Both the position numbers and the translations under genes were made by a program. A stretch of DNA of 63,996 bases, filler included, from Alcyonidium flabelliforme (lineage: Eukaryota): NCBI GenBank assembly GCA_026167845.1. It is 19 parts of 19 records of this genome, joined end to end, with 100 filler letters (N's around TTAATTAATTAA, not from the genome) between each part and the next. Parts side by side here need not be neighbours in the genome. Positions count along the whole stretch, not along the records: positions 8,418 to 12,468 come from JAOQFJ010000012.1; positions 12,569 to 16,445 come from JAOQFJ010000013.1; positions 16,546 to 20,419 come from JAOQFJ010000014.1; positions 20,520 to 24,205 come from JAOQFJ010000015.1; 15 more parts are not named here. One strand, written 5' to 3'. The first letter of the stretch is position 1. Each line of letters opens with the position of its first letter. Below are positions 8,749 through 20,536 of this stretch, piece by piece. Below the pieces are notes generated by a model. The model was not told the DNA's origin and made no database searches. It worked only from the letters and a program-made list of their open reading frames with translations.

Positions 8749-11489
8749 TGTGAAGGTGGACACTGCCCTTCGATTCTATCCATTTAGAATAACGTATGAC
8801 ATCGAGTGTTTCTTGCCAAAGATTAATCTTCCCTCCAATACCGACTCTGTAGAATTCACATCGAGTCATCACCTTCTCAGTATTTCTACATGCTCAAACA
8901 TTCCGGGTTTCACCAATCCTAAGTGTTTTGTGAGGGAAACCCAAAATTCCTCAGCAAAATGTGTTTCACAATTTGTAGAGTACATTCTCGAGATGAGCGA
9001 GACAGCCGGTTCAATAATGATCGAACGATTTAGTGAGGTATCGACAGACTTGATAAGGTTATCGGAGATGTTGAGTTGAAGGAGAAAGACTTTAAAGATG
9101 CAGAATTTTCAAATCCATTTGTCTATCGTACAAGAGCTAATCTCTCGGATCTATGCGAGCGCTTGGTCTGTTATCTGCGAGTTGTACCAATTGTCGGCTT
9201 TAACTCTCAACGATACGATATCAACGTTATGAAGGGGGAGTTGATAAGAGAATTAGGACATCAAGGAGAAAAGATCCGCTCTGTGGTAAAGAAAACCAAC
9301 AACATGACTTGTATCGAAACCAACCATCTGAGGTTTTTGGACATTTGCAACTTCATTGCACCTGGATTTTCTTACGAGAAATATCTAAAAGCTTTTGGGT
9401 GTAGCCAGGAAAAGGGATTTTTTCCATACGAATGGATGGACTCACTTGAAAAACTTTCATTAACTGAGTTACCATCGAGACAAGATTTCTATAGTACGCT
9501 AAGGCAATCAAACATCTCTGCTGAGGAATATGACTACTGTCAAGAAATATGGCGTAGTCGACAAATGAACAGTTTCAGAGATTTTCTTATATGGTACAAC
9601 AATCTCGATGTTGAACCGTTTCTGGAAGCTTTGGAAAAGCAGTCTGAGATATATCGTGCAAAGGAAATTGACATGCTAAAGGGGGCAATATCTTTACCTG
9701 GATTGGCCGTTAGATGGTTGTTTTCAGAGATTCCTCCGTTACCAAGAGCGATACGTAACGCTTCTTACTCATTTGTGGAGTTGAAACGTTATCACAGAGA
9801 ACGTCAACCGATTTGTCTTATCGATAAAGCAAATAGAGATCTGCATAGGATTGTCAAGGATAATATTGTTGGAGGACCGAGTGTGATATTTCACCGACAT
9901 CATGAAAAGGGAGAGAGTAGTATTCGAGAAAGGATCTATCAATCGGATGCCAAAGAATGTCAGCAGATACTCGGTGTCGATGCCAATGCGTTATATTTGT
10001 GGTGTATGATGCAAGATATGCCAACTGGTTACCCAATACGTAGAAGGAATGAGAATAATTTTGAACCTGATAAAACCCAACGATTCAGCAAGGCTGCACA
10101 CGGATGGTTGGAGTATGTCGCTTTTGTCAGTGGAGAAGATATTAAGCATATACGTAATGGGAATGAGGTCAGAATAGGTAGACATGGTCTTCCCGTCGAC
10201 GGTTACTGCAAAGACACCAGAACAATCTATCAGTTTCACGGTTGTTTTTGGCACGGACATCCATGTTGCAAGACTGCGGGCATAGTTGATCATCCGTTAA
10301 AGCATAAACCGATGGCTACTTTGCATGCCGAGACTCTGGAAAAGGATAAATATCTGAGACATCTCGGTTACAAACTTGTCGTGACATGGGAGTGTGAGTG
10401 GGATAGAACCGTTAGAAATAGTAATATCATAAAGGAATTTCTGGCGTCTCTATTCCAAGCAATATACGGAAGTAAAAGTGGGATGACACAAAGTGAAGCC
10501 ATAGAGAGAATTCAGAGGGGCGACTTCTATGGTCTCGTAGAATGTGATATATCCGTACCATCCCATCTTCATCGTAAATTTGCAGAAATGTCTCCCATAT
10601 TTAAGAATGTGAATGTTGGGCGCGAACAATTGAGTGACCAATGCTAGAGTTTGCTGACGCGTTTGAATTTCTAAAGAGACCTCAACGGATGATGGTGGGG
10701 AGTATGTTTGGAAAGAAAATCTTATTGCTCAGTACACTTGCCCGATGGTATCTAAATCATGGATTGGAAATTACTAAAATATATCAGATGATAGACTACA
10801 TTCCCAGGAGAGTATTCAACGAGTTTGGTGAATCTGTAAGCAGTGCAAGACGGGCAGGAGATGAGGATCCAAGTCTTGCACTATTAGCTTCCACAAGCAA
10901 ACTAGTGGGAAACTCCGTATATGGGAAGACTATTACGGATAAAGAGAAACATAGGGATGTGGCCTATGTTGAGGGAGATCGGGCAGTCTCTAACAGGATT
11001 AAGAGGACCAACTTTGTATCGTTGGATGAGATTGATGAGGAATTCTATGAAGTTACCACACAGAAAAAAAGGGTAAGAGTTATATTGTTATAGTTTAGTT
11101 TGCTCAGTTACAATTTATTTGTGCGTTACTTTCCTTCACTAGCGATGCATCATTGCTGAATGTTGTTGTTTTGTAAATCCTACGACATCGTTTTACATCT
11201 GGTCGTTGCTATTGAGATTGTAAATGCTATGACGATTCCTCCAATAGTACCTAAGAGTTACAGTTTGTTGTTTGGCTTAGGTATAAATGGTTACTCGACG
11301 GCTTGTTTTGTCAAAGCTCTCCATTCTCGTAGTCGTAAGTATGTTTAGAGTTTGATTATCTTGTATTTTACCGTTTGTTATTTGTTTCATATTGTAGCTG
11401 AACATGAACATACCCGTCACATTGGGCTTTGCTATCCTTCAGCTTGCAAAAATGCGAATGCTGGAGTTCTACTTTGACTTCATGGATAG
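8749..11489 (+). pseudogene. Polinton/Maverick-like protein-primed family B DNA polymerase with inserted VSR-like nuclease; frameshifted and intron-containing
   Basis: YDIEC, GFNSQRYD, KGFFPYEW, YNNLDV, IVGGPS, GVDANALY, VDGY...FHGCFWHG...WECEW, KLVGNSVYGK; frameshifts near 9076 and 10641; additional exon at 11398-11489. Confidence 0.85.
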
Positions 11490-11644
11490 GTGAGTTCATG
11501 AATGAAACACGCCTGGACATAACATGTTATTGTGTTGTCCGTCGTCGGTGTTAGAAGTGGCGTCGTCGCCCTTACAACACCGACGACGGAGTTATGAAGA
11601 TTCTGATTTCATATATCCTAATATGTTTTTTTTTACCATTGTAG

Positions 11645-12338
11645 AAATCTTCCACTCGACAAACTCTTAACAATAGAGAAATATAAGAGTCTGTCGGACA
11701 TTGATCCATTCTCTGTATTGGAGGTAGAGAGCTCCGAATATAGAGAATGCACTAGTGGCAAGATGGGGCTCCTGACTTGTTGGACAGTAAATGAGGAGAG
11801 TGGCGTCAGGGAGCGAGTAAAGCTCATGGTGCCGGAGCGTTTTCTGGTAGATAATGAATTGACAGAACCCAGAGTCGTTATCTACACAGGAATGAAAAAG
11901 ACAAGTAATGGGCACATGTGCCATACCATCAAAGTCGTCTATGACGACAGCTATGAGAGTGGAGACGTGACAATGGAGGACTTTGCAAATGGATTGAGAA
12001 CAAAATCCAAAATAGAATTAGAAGCCATGTCACGGATCTACTCTCTCTCAAAATTTCCTACTGGTACCGTCTTTATTATTACACGAGTCAGGGTCCTAAA
12101 GGGAGTTGGTATAATAACTAAGGATGATGTGCCAGTAGGAAATTTTGAGACAATTTTTGAAGGTAAAACTCTAAGCGGAGAGGTCTTCCTCCCTTCTAGA
12201 GTGATGGAGGAGGGTAAAAGAAAGACTCCTGCACTCCTCATCTATAAGGGAGGAAGAGCATCGACTAGCGGTAGGATCTATCATGACATTACCATTTTAG
12301 ATTCTACCGTAGCCGACTCTGGCATATTCGACATATAA
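11645..12338 (+). CDS. Hypothetical element-associated protein with internal two-domain duplication (probably a spliced exon)
   Basis: Open frame runs from a strong acceptor (T-tract...TGTAG at 11644) into ORF 11718-12338; repeated motifs VPERF...VIYTG and LPSRV...LIYKG. Confidence 0.55.
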
Positions 12339-12661
12339 TGTAAATATATGTATCATTGGAGTTGATTGTTTATTTTTTTTTTCACAATTCTATATTATTT
12401 TTGTTGTTGTCAATCTGTGTGATTTTTTTCTTTATTTTACTAGATCTTATTACTGTAAATCTGTAAATNNNNNNNNNNNNNNNNNNNNNNNNNNNNNNNN
12501 NNNNNNNNNNNNTTAATTAATTAANNNNNNNNNNNNNNNNNNNNNNNNNNNNNNNNNNNNNNNNNNNNAAAAACCCAACAATTTATCCAAGATTCTAAGA
12601 CTGCGTATTGGCATTACTAACTGGGATGTGAACCAGTCTCAGATTTGCACCTCCACAAATC

Positions 12662-15600
12662 AAACAAGAGGTCTGCAGGTGCAGACAGATGCCCATCATA
12701 TGATGTAGTTTCTTTAGTTGTAAAGCCATCTATGTCACCTGGCCTAATACACCTATCAACCTATGGCATTAAATTCGTGAATCCACCTTCGAATCGTCCA
12801 GTTATTACTTAGTCTATCCAAAAATTGGCACTACGTAACGTGCACTCTCGGGAACAAACATGGCTGCTAGTCGGCCATGTTGGAAGTAATTGGGTCAAAC
12901 CTGTACTTTGATCTGTACTTACCCTGCACCGAATATGAAGATGATCCGACAAACACCAAAGCTGTTATTGTGAGCCAGTATCTCGAGAACAAACATGGCC
13001 ACCAGTCAGCCATCTTGGAAGTTATCCAGGTCAAAATTACAGCCGATCTGCACTTTGACCAGTATTTAGCCTGTACCAAATATAAAGCTAATATGATAAA
13101 AACTGAAGCAATCATTGCAAGACAAAGAAATGTTATGCAGAACGAAAAATGTCGAAAATTCATATCGGAATTCAGCTGGCCTAATACACCCCACTAACCT
13201 ATGGGCTTTGTGATCCACCTTCGAATCGTTCAGTCATCGCTTCATCTTTCTCAAAACGGGCGCAACGTCGGGAAAAAACATGGCTACCAGTCAGCCATTT
13301 TGAAAGTGATTTACATGCAAATTACAAACGATCTGCATTTTGACCTGTATTTACCCTGTACCAAACACGAAGTTGATCGGATAAAAACTGAAGCAGTTAT
13401 TGCGCGACAAACAAAGTATTATGCACAAAAAATGTCGAAGATTCGCATCGGCATTTGACCTACTTCTCAAGGTCATTTTGAAATGTGGCCTGGCCTAATA
13501 CGCCCACCAACCTATGGCCTATGTGAATCCACCTTTGAATCGTCCACTCATCGCTTCGTCTTTCCCAAAACGGGCGCAACGTAATGTGCACTCTCGGGTA
13601 CAAACATGGCTGCCAGAGCTGTACCAATTATTTTCTCGAACTGACGAAAATGTGTACGCAACATTCCAAATAATGCAGGTTCTTTCACAACTTCCATTGT
13701 TTTCAGCTATTATTCATTCTCAACTCGGAAAAATAATCGTTATTATTCGACACTACAAATACAATAGCAGACTAGCAGAGCTTCGTCGGTAATGATCTTT
13801 GACTTTGTCTGTATACTATCGCGGTTTGATAAAACTTTTAATCCTTAATTCTATTATCTGATTACGCTATCACATCAATGCTTGTCACTTTAACACTTTT
13901 TGTAAATTCCAATGACATTCAATTTCTATGTAATAATCCTGTATAAACGCGATTATCGATCTAAACTTAATCCGCTAACTACGACGAAACAAAGATGGCG
14001 GCCCGAACTCGTGAGATCCTGCCCCACAGATGGCGCTGTTCACAACGATAATTTCGGGGAAAAAACTGCTTGACGCTCGGTTGTAACTGCGTGACGCGGA
14101 AAATCGAGTACGTGGCGGTGAGCCACGCTAAAAGCGGTCCGGGAGAACACTGTATAAAGCTGATCGGATAAAAACTGAAGCAGTTATTGCGCGACAAAGA
14201 AAGTGTTACGCGCAACAAAAATTGTCGAAGATTCGTATCGACATTTGACCTACTTCTCAAGGTCATTTTGAAATGTCACCCGGCCCACTACGCCCACCAA
14301 CCCATGGCCTACGTGAATCCACCTTCGAATCGTCAAGTCAACGCTTCGTCTTTCCCGCATTAAGCGGCCAGTCTGGTGCACTCTCGGGTACAAACATGGC
14401 CGCCAATCGGCCATGTTGGAAATAATCGGGGTCAAACTTATATCCTACGTCTACTTTGACCAGTACTTACCCTGTAAAAAAAATTTGAAGATGATCCGAC
14501 AGAAACAAAAGCTATTATTGCGAGCCAACATCTCGAGAACAAACATGGCCGTCTGTCGGCCATCTTGAACGTGATCCATGTCGAAATTGCAGACGGTCTG
14601 CATTTTGACCTGTATTTATCCTGTACCACATATAAAGCTGATCGGATAAAAACTGAAGCAGTTATTGCGCGACAAAGAAAGTGTTACGCGCAACAAAAAT
14701 TGTCAAAGATTCGTATCGACATTTGACCTACTTCTCAAGGTCATTTTAAAATGTCACCTAGCCTAGGCCGCCCACCAATCTATGGCCTTCCTAGAACCAC
14801 CTTTGAATCGTCCAGGTAGCGCTTCGTCTTCGCGGCTATAGACTTATTGTTACGTGCCCTTTCGAGAACAAACATGGCCGCCAGTCGGCCATATTGGAAG
14901 TAATCTAGGTCAAAATTATACAGAACATATAATGCGACCTGGACTTACTCTATGCCAAATATGAAACTGACCGGATAAAAACTGAAACTGATATTACGAA
15001 GTGCATTCTCACGAACCAACATGGCCGCCAGTCAGCCATATTGGAAGTTGTCGAGGTCAAACATATAAGTGACCTGCACTTTGACCAGTATTTACCCTGT
15101 GCCAAATATGAATCCGATCGGGTAAAAACTGAAGCAATTATTGCGAGACAAAAAAGTGTTACGCACGACAAAAAATGTCCAAGAATCATTTCAGCATTTG
15201 ACCTACTTCTCAAGGTCATTTTAAAATGACACCTAGCCTAAGCGACCCACCAATCTATGGCCTTCCTAGAACCACCTTCGAATCGCCCAGGTAGCGCTTC
15301 GTCTTCGCGGCTATACACTTATTGTTACTTGCCCTCTCGGGAACAAACATGACCGCCAGTCGGCCATATTGGACGTAATCGAGGTCAAAAGTATAAGCGA
15401 CCTGCACTTTGATCTGTATTTATCCTGTGCCAAATATGAAACCGATCGGGTAAAAACTGAAGCAATTATTGCGAGACAAAGAAAGTGTTACGTACGACAA
15501 AAAATGTCAAAGAATCGTTTCGGCATTTGACCTACTTCTCAAGGTCATTTTAAAATGTCACCTAGCCTAAGCGACCCACCAATCTATGGCCTTCCTAGAA

Positions 15601-15894
15601 CCACCTTTGAATCGTCCAGGTAGTGCTTCGTCTTCGCGGCTATAGACTTATTGTTACGTGCCCTCTCGGGAACAAACATGGCCGCCAGTCGGCCATATTG
15701 GAAGTAATCGAGGTCAAAAGTATAAGCGACCTGCACTTTGACCTGTATTTACCCTGTGCCGAATATGAAACCGATCGGGTAAAAACTGAAGCTGTTATCG
15801 CGAGACAAAGAAAGTGTTACATACGACGACAACAACGACGACGCCTACACTACGACAATATGCCCATCCACCACTATGTGGATGGGCATAAAAA
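12662..15894 (+). mobile_element. Non-autonomous Helentron-like (HINE) element with internal tandem repeat array
   Basis: 5' AAACAAGAG start with ATGCCCATC (12689-12697); internal repeats of about 330 bp built from about 150-bp subunits; (ACG/ACA)n microsatellite; 13-bp hairpin 15859-15890 containing GATGGGCAT followed by an A-run. Confidence 0.6.
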
Positions 15895-17080
15895 TAAATC
15901 AGTAACAGATACCAGCTATTACCATTTGCGTACCGTGTACACATTTCAGATGAGAAAAAAAAACAGTATTTGCTTGCAGGAGTCTCCCCCTATGGGCCCA
16001 TAGTCAATGTCATGATGAGCTGCCATTTAACAGATTAATTTTTTCTCCTGCTTGCCAGGATAATTGTCAGGATATCGGTGGTAATTTTGTTACTTGGACT
16101 CTTTGTATGGGAGGAGCAATTAATTAGAAGAGATTTAAAAGATATTTAGGACATGAAATTTTGGAATATTTGAGAACTGTATTTTGGAACACTCTGCTAA
16201 TAAATGTATTCAAAATGGCGGCTATGTGTGTTATTTCTTCTGTGGTCGAAGATTTTTGTGGCAAATGTGTGTCGGGAATTTCATGTATGGTTCCTCTGAT
16301 GGTGAACAATAACTCTATGTTGATAAAAGAACCTTCGAAGCTATCATTTAAGAATGGTTTATGTCCAAAGTTGATGAAAATTGCATTGGAGCCTATGGAA
16401 TATATAATACTGGTTTCGTCTCATATTTATTCATAAGAACATTTANNNNNNNNNNNNNNNNNNNNNNNNNNNNNNNNNNNNNNNNNNNNTTAATTAATTA
16501 ANNNNNNNNNNNNNNNNNNNNNNNNNNNNNNNNNNNNNNNNNNNNGCTCTGACAGAGCCCCCGTGAGACATTTCGACATATTCATTCGTTTTATACGCTT
16601 TTCTGTATCAAAATTTTTATGAAAATACATTTCCGAGCAAAATCAATAAACAATACATTAAGAAAAATAACAATAATAAATAAGACTATTAATATCTTTG
16701 ACTGAAAAGGCTATTTAAAGCTAAATATAGAGCTTCCGGTGATGGCATATTTTCATCATGTCATATCTGTCAACGAGCTCATTAGTTGTCTCTATATTGG
16801 GTCAACAATACCTTATTTGCTGAGGTTGTCCCTGCTACGCACGTCATTGAATCAATGGCGTTCCAACAGCTATATGCGTAAACGTAGTAAAATGACTAAA
16901 TTTAGAAGAAAGCACCGTTTTATCAACATTCAAAGACTATAAATATAGAAGAATTGTCTCTAACAAAATCATGTATACATCTTTTGCAATCGTTCCTTTA
17001 AAGCTGAAAGATATATTTTATTGTGAGATATGCCTCGCGGAGACAGAGTTTTTCGGGCATAACAAGCCGGGCGGGCAAAA

Positions 17081-17870
17081 ATGAAAGACTGTACAATTCA
17101 CGTTAGTCGCGGACAGAAGCGAGCTGTACACCGTGCAACTTTTAGCAAGCAGTGTTCAAAAGCTGAAAACATAAAGGAAGATATAGCTTTTAAAACTAAA
17201 TTAGGCAGCGCTCTCTCTAAAAGAAGTGCAAAGGAGTTAGTCGGCATTGTGAAAAGATTTGATGGCAAGCGAGAAATATGCAAAGACTATTCACATAAAG
17301 TGCGCACCAACATTATTAACTGTTTCTCAGGAAAGCACGATATGTGCAAAAAAAATTCGTCGGTATGCAATGGAAGAAAGACAAAGCGGCCAACATTTTT
17401 GCATGGCAACCAATATCTGCGGCTGTCAGAGAACGACACACTACAGTTAATGGACATTATTAATTACAAAATGTCAAATACCGCCATCGAAAGACAGAGA
17501 AAACTGGGAAACATAAATAGTTCTGAAGTTACGCATAAGCGAGTATTTCGCTCAGTCCCGAAATCAATCACATGGAGCCGACATTTTGATGGAAGTTGTC
17601 ATGCACTCGGGAATACACTCGATTCGACAAATCAATGAACGGATGGGATCTAATATATAAGCTAGTGGCCCAGCGGGTGTGACATTTTATAGAGTAGATG
17701 AGATTGAAAAACGCGACGCACATATAGAAAACAGACTAAAAATACAAGCAGAGAAGAGCTCAGTTGATAGCAAAACAGATCTACGAAAAATCTGCCAGAA
17801 ATAGTGGCTTTTACAAGAATCACAGCACCAAGAGCACTCATATGCTGCCACAGGAATGAATAAAGGCTTC
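17081..17870 (+). pseudogene. Degenerate Mutator-like transposase, C-terminal fragment
   Basis: CFSGKHDMC...C, N.SE..H...PK motif and lysine/arginine-rich tail; broken by frameshift and stops. Confidence 0.45.
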
Positions 17871-18078
17871 CAATCGAGCACTTCACGCTGTTAATCATGC
17901 ACTGTTTTCAAATTGCTTCGTCATAAATTACTTAAAGTACATCTCATTGTTTTTTTCCATTCACTGTTTTAGCATTGTATTCTAACTAACATACTTATTA
18001 ACTTATTAAATAAAACGATCAGCAAATAAATAAATTAAAATATTATATTTATGAAATATGATCAGTTGTTAAGTTGAT

Positions 18079-18124
18079 TAGCCCTTTTTGAAGCCTGTGG
18101 GTGGCCCTTAAAAGGGCCGTTGGG
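18079..18124 (-). promoter_or_regulatory. Histone mRNA 3' stem-loop plus purine-rich downstream element
   Basis: Minus strand CCCAAC-GGCCCT-TTTA-AGGGCC-ACCCA followed by CAAAAAGGGCT; fits the replication-dependent histone 3' processing consensus. Confidence 0.7.
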
Positions 18125-18231
18125 TTTGGGTGCACGCAGTCACAACAACAAACATGGAGCCAAATCCCCATAGCATTTTCGTAACTCAAGTGAGCATTGT
18201 TCAAGCAGCGTTTCTGATGACAGATGTGAGC

Positions 18232-18760
18232 TAGGGTTAGGGTTAGGGTTGGGGTTACGGTTAGGGTTAGGGTTAGCCCGGGGACCCCCCGGGACTTAGG
18301 GTTAGGGTTAAAAATAGGGTAGGGTTAGGGTTAAGGTTAGGGTCAGGATCGCGGTCAATATATAGGTCAAGGTCAAGGTCATGGTCAAGGTCGGGAGTGG
18401 GGTTAAGTACATGGGTTAGGAATAGGCCCGGGGGCTCCCGGGGGCTATGCTACGGATATGTTTATTATAGGCTTAGGGTTAAAAATGGTTAGGGTTAATA
18501 ATAAAATTAGGGTTAGGCTGGAATCAAGGTCAAGGTCGGGGTCAAGGTCAAGGTCGGAGTCAAGCGCAGGGCTCAAGGTCAAGGTCAGGGCTCGGGGTTA
18601 GCCCTGGGGCCCCTGGGTCAAGGTGGAGGTTTAGCCTTAGGGTTAAATTTTGTTAGGATCGAAATATGATGGGATTAGGGCCAGTTTTAGAGTTAGGGTC
18701 AAGGTCAAGGTCAAAGGTCAAGGTCAAAGTCAAGGTCAAGGTCAAATGTAACGTTAGGCT
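18232..18760 (+). repeat. Degenerate interstitial (TTAGGG)n / (TCAAGG)n hexamer array with GC-rich palindromic inserts
   Basis: GGGTTAGGGTTAGGG runs grade into CAAGGTCAAGGTC runs; CCCGGGG...CCCGGG inserts at about 18276, 18427 and 18602. Confidence 0.85.
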
Positions 18761-20536
18761 TACCGCCGGCGTTTGGATAAACAAAAGATTTATTTGGGTG
18801 TATAAAATAATCGCCCTATATGAATTACCGTACAAATGTAGTGCTGCCTATGATATATGAGCTCTCGTCGCAACCGCTTATTACAGCACTTCGCATTTGA
18901 ATTTTAATTCAAAAGTAATGATACATGAATTTTTAATAATTTATCTGTAAAGTGATTCTTTTTTCTAACAAGCTTTCTACTGTTTGGGCATGTTTTTGGC
19001 AAAAAAAGTGTGCACGGCTTTGATTTAATGGGCATTTTCCCGATAGGTGGCGACAATGTCGTCATTATTTTTACTTATAACTCCAGATTAATTCATTTGG
19101 TGGCTCTCTTTTTTTTATGCTAAGTAACTGAGGTGACTAGCTTTCTGTTTTAATCACTAACATTAGGCTGGGGATTAGGATTCTGTACGAACTGGCATTT
19201 ATCACAGTCTGTTTTAAGGTAGCACACAACAGTAGGAAGTCCCATCCAGCGCAATGTTAAATGAACGATTTCAAATATACTTGTTAAAAAAATGCCAATA
19301 ATGAGCGCCAATGTCTCTCTCGGTCCACTTGCATCACACATATATCTTAGGAAAACCGATCCATTTACCCCCCAATAGCCGTACAGATTTCGAGATATTT
19401 GCCAAAAATTGAACCCCCTTGGAGATTTCTCCGATCGGAACCTGGAGCTACTTGAACTTGACCTCTCGTACGCGAACTGATACGAGGTCATGTGATGCGC
19501 CCACAGATTTTCGTTAATTTCACAAGCAACAGCTATCATTCTTGTTCAAAAACACCCTATTTATTTTAACTATAAGCCGATGGATTTCTGTCCAGCGAGA
19601 CACACCTCTACACCCCCTAATATTTTTTTTAAGGAACTATCCGAGGCCCTTACAGCTCAAGCTTACTGAGTAGTGCTACGTTAAGAGAATATAGTTCCTA
19701 CATCACAGACAAAATAAAAATATTTTCTATAACTATAATCACTGCTCACAAAAAATGCAAAGTTTCAGGCATGTAACTTTTTTCAGTTCCGAGATACAAG
19801 CTATCCGTTTAGGAGACCACTTAGCAAATATAAGATGAAATTTCGCAGTTATCTGCATGCTTCTTTTCATGTGTATATCGACTTCAGTTGTCAGAAAACA
19901 ACAATTGAAAGCAAAATAAGTTGCATTAAACAGAATCAATAGCTATTTTATTTATACTCCTGTCATTCTGCACCCTTTGTTTTACCTGGTCATTAAAGGC
20001 CCCGCCCAGAAAACGTCTGCCAATTGTGTGTGGGCAATATCTGTTAGCTTTATTAGAGGTTTTCGATTTCGTAACACAATATCTCAGCAAAATAAGATAT
20101 TTCAAATTGGAAAAATAATAAACTTTATCTAATAATTACTAGTTATTTGAACCAGGTTGAAAAAAAATTTGAAAGTTGATTTCAATATGATATTCTAGAG
20201 CAAATTAAACGAACGGTAGTGTATATAAATTTTCCACCAGATGGCGCTCTGACAGAGCCCCCGAGAGACATTTCGACATATTCATTCGTTTTATACGCTT
20301 TTCTCTATCAAACATTTTATGAAAATACATTTCCGAGCAAAATCAATAAACAATACATTAAGAAAAATAACAATAATAAATATGACTATTAATATCTTTG
20401 ACTGAAAATGCTATTTAAANNNNNNNNNNNNNNNNNNNNNNNNNNNNNNNNNNNNNNNNNNNNTTAATTAATTAANNNNNNNNNNNNNNNNNNNNNNNNN
20501 NNNNNNNNNNNNNNNNNNNATTAACACTTATGCTCA

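Larger units (their letters stand above)
16546..20419. repeat. About 3.7-kb unit bounded by diverged direct repeats (16546-16719 and 20246-20419)
   Basis: 174-bp near-identical repeats at the contig ends, with about 5 substitutions. Confidence 0.75.

Noticed and set aside
12730..15820. Repeats as a CRISPR array linked to the Cas7f fragment, and the many short ORFs within them
   Set aside because: Units are 150-480 bp with no unique spacers, lie on a different contig and are eukaryotic in character. The ORFs are by-products of the repeat.
18232..18760. True telomere, and ORFs with KVKVKV or LTLTLT
   Set aside because: The array is degenerate and internal, with non-telomeric sequence on both sides. 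The ORFs are translations of the hexamer repeat.
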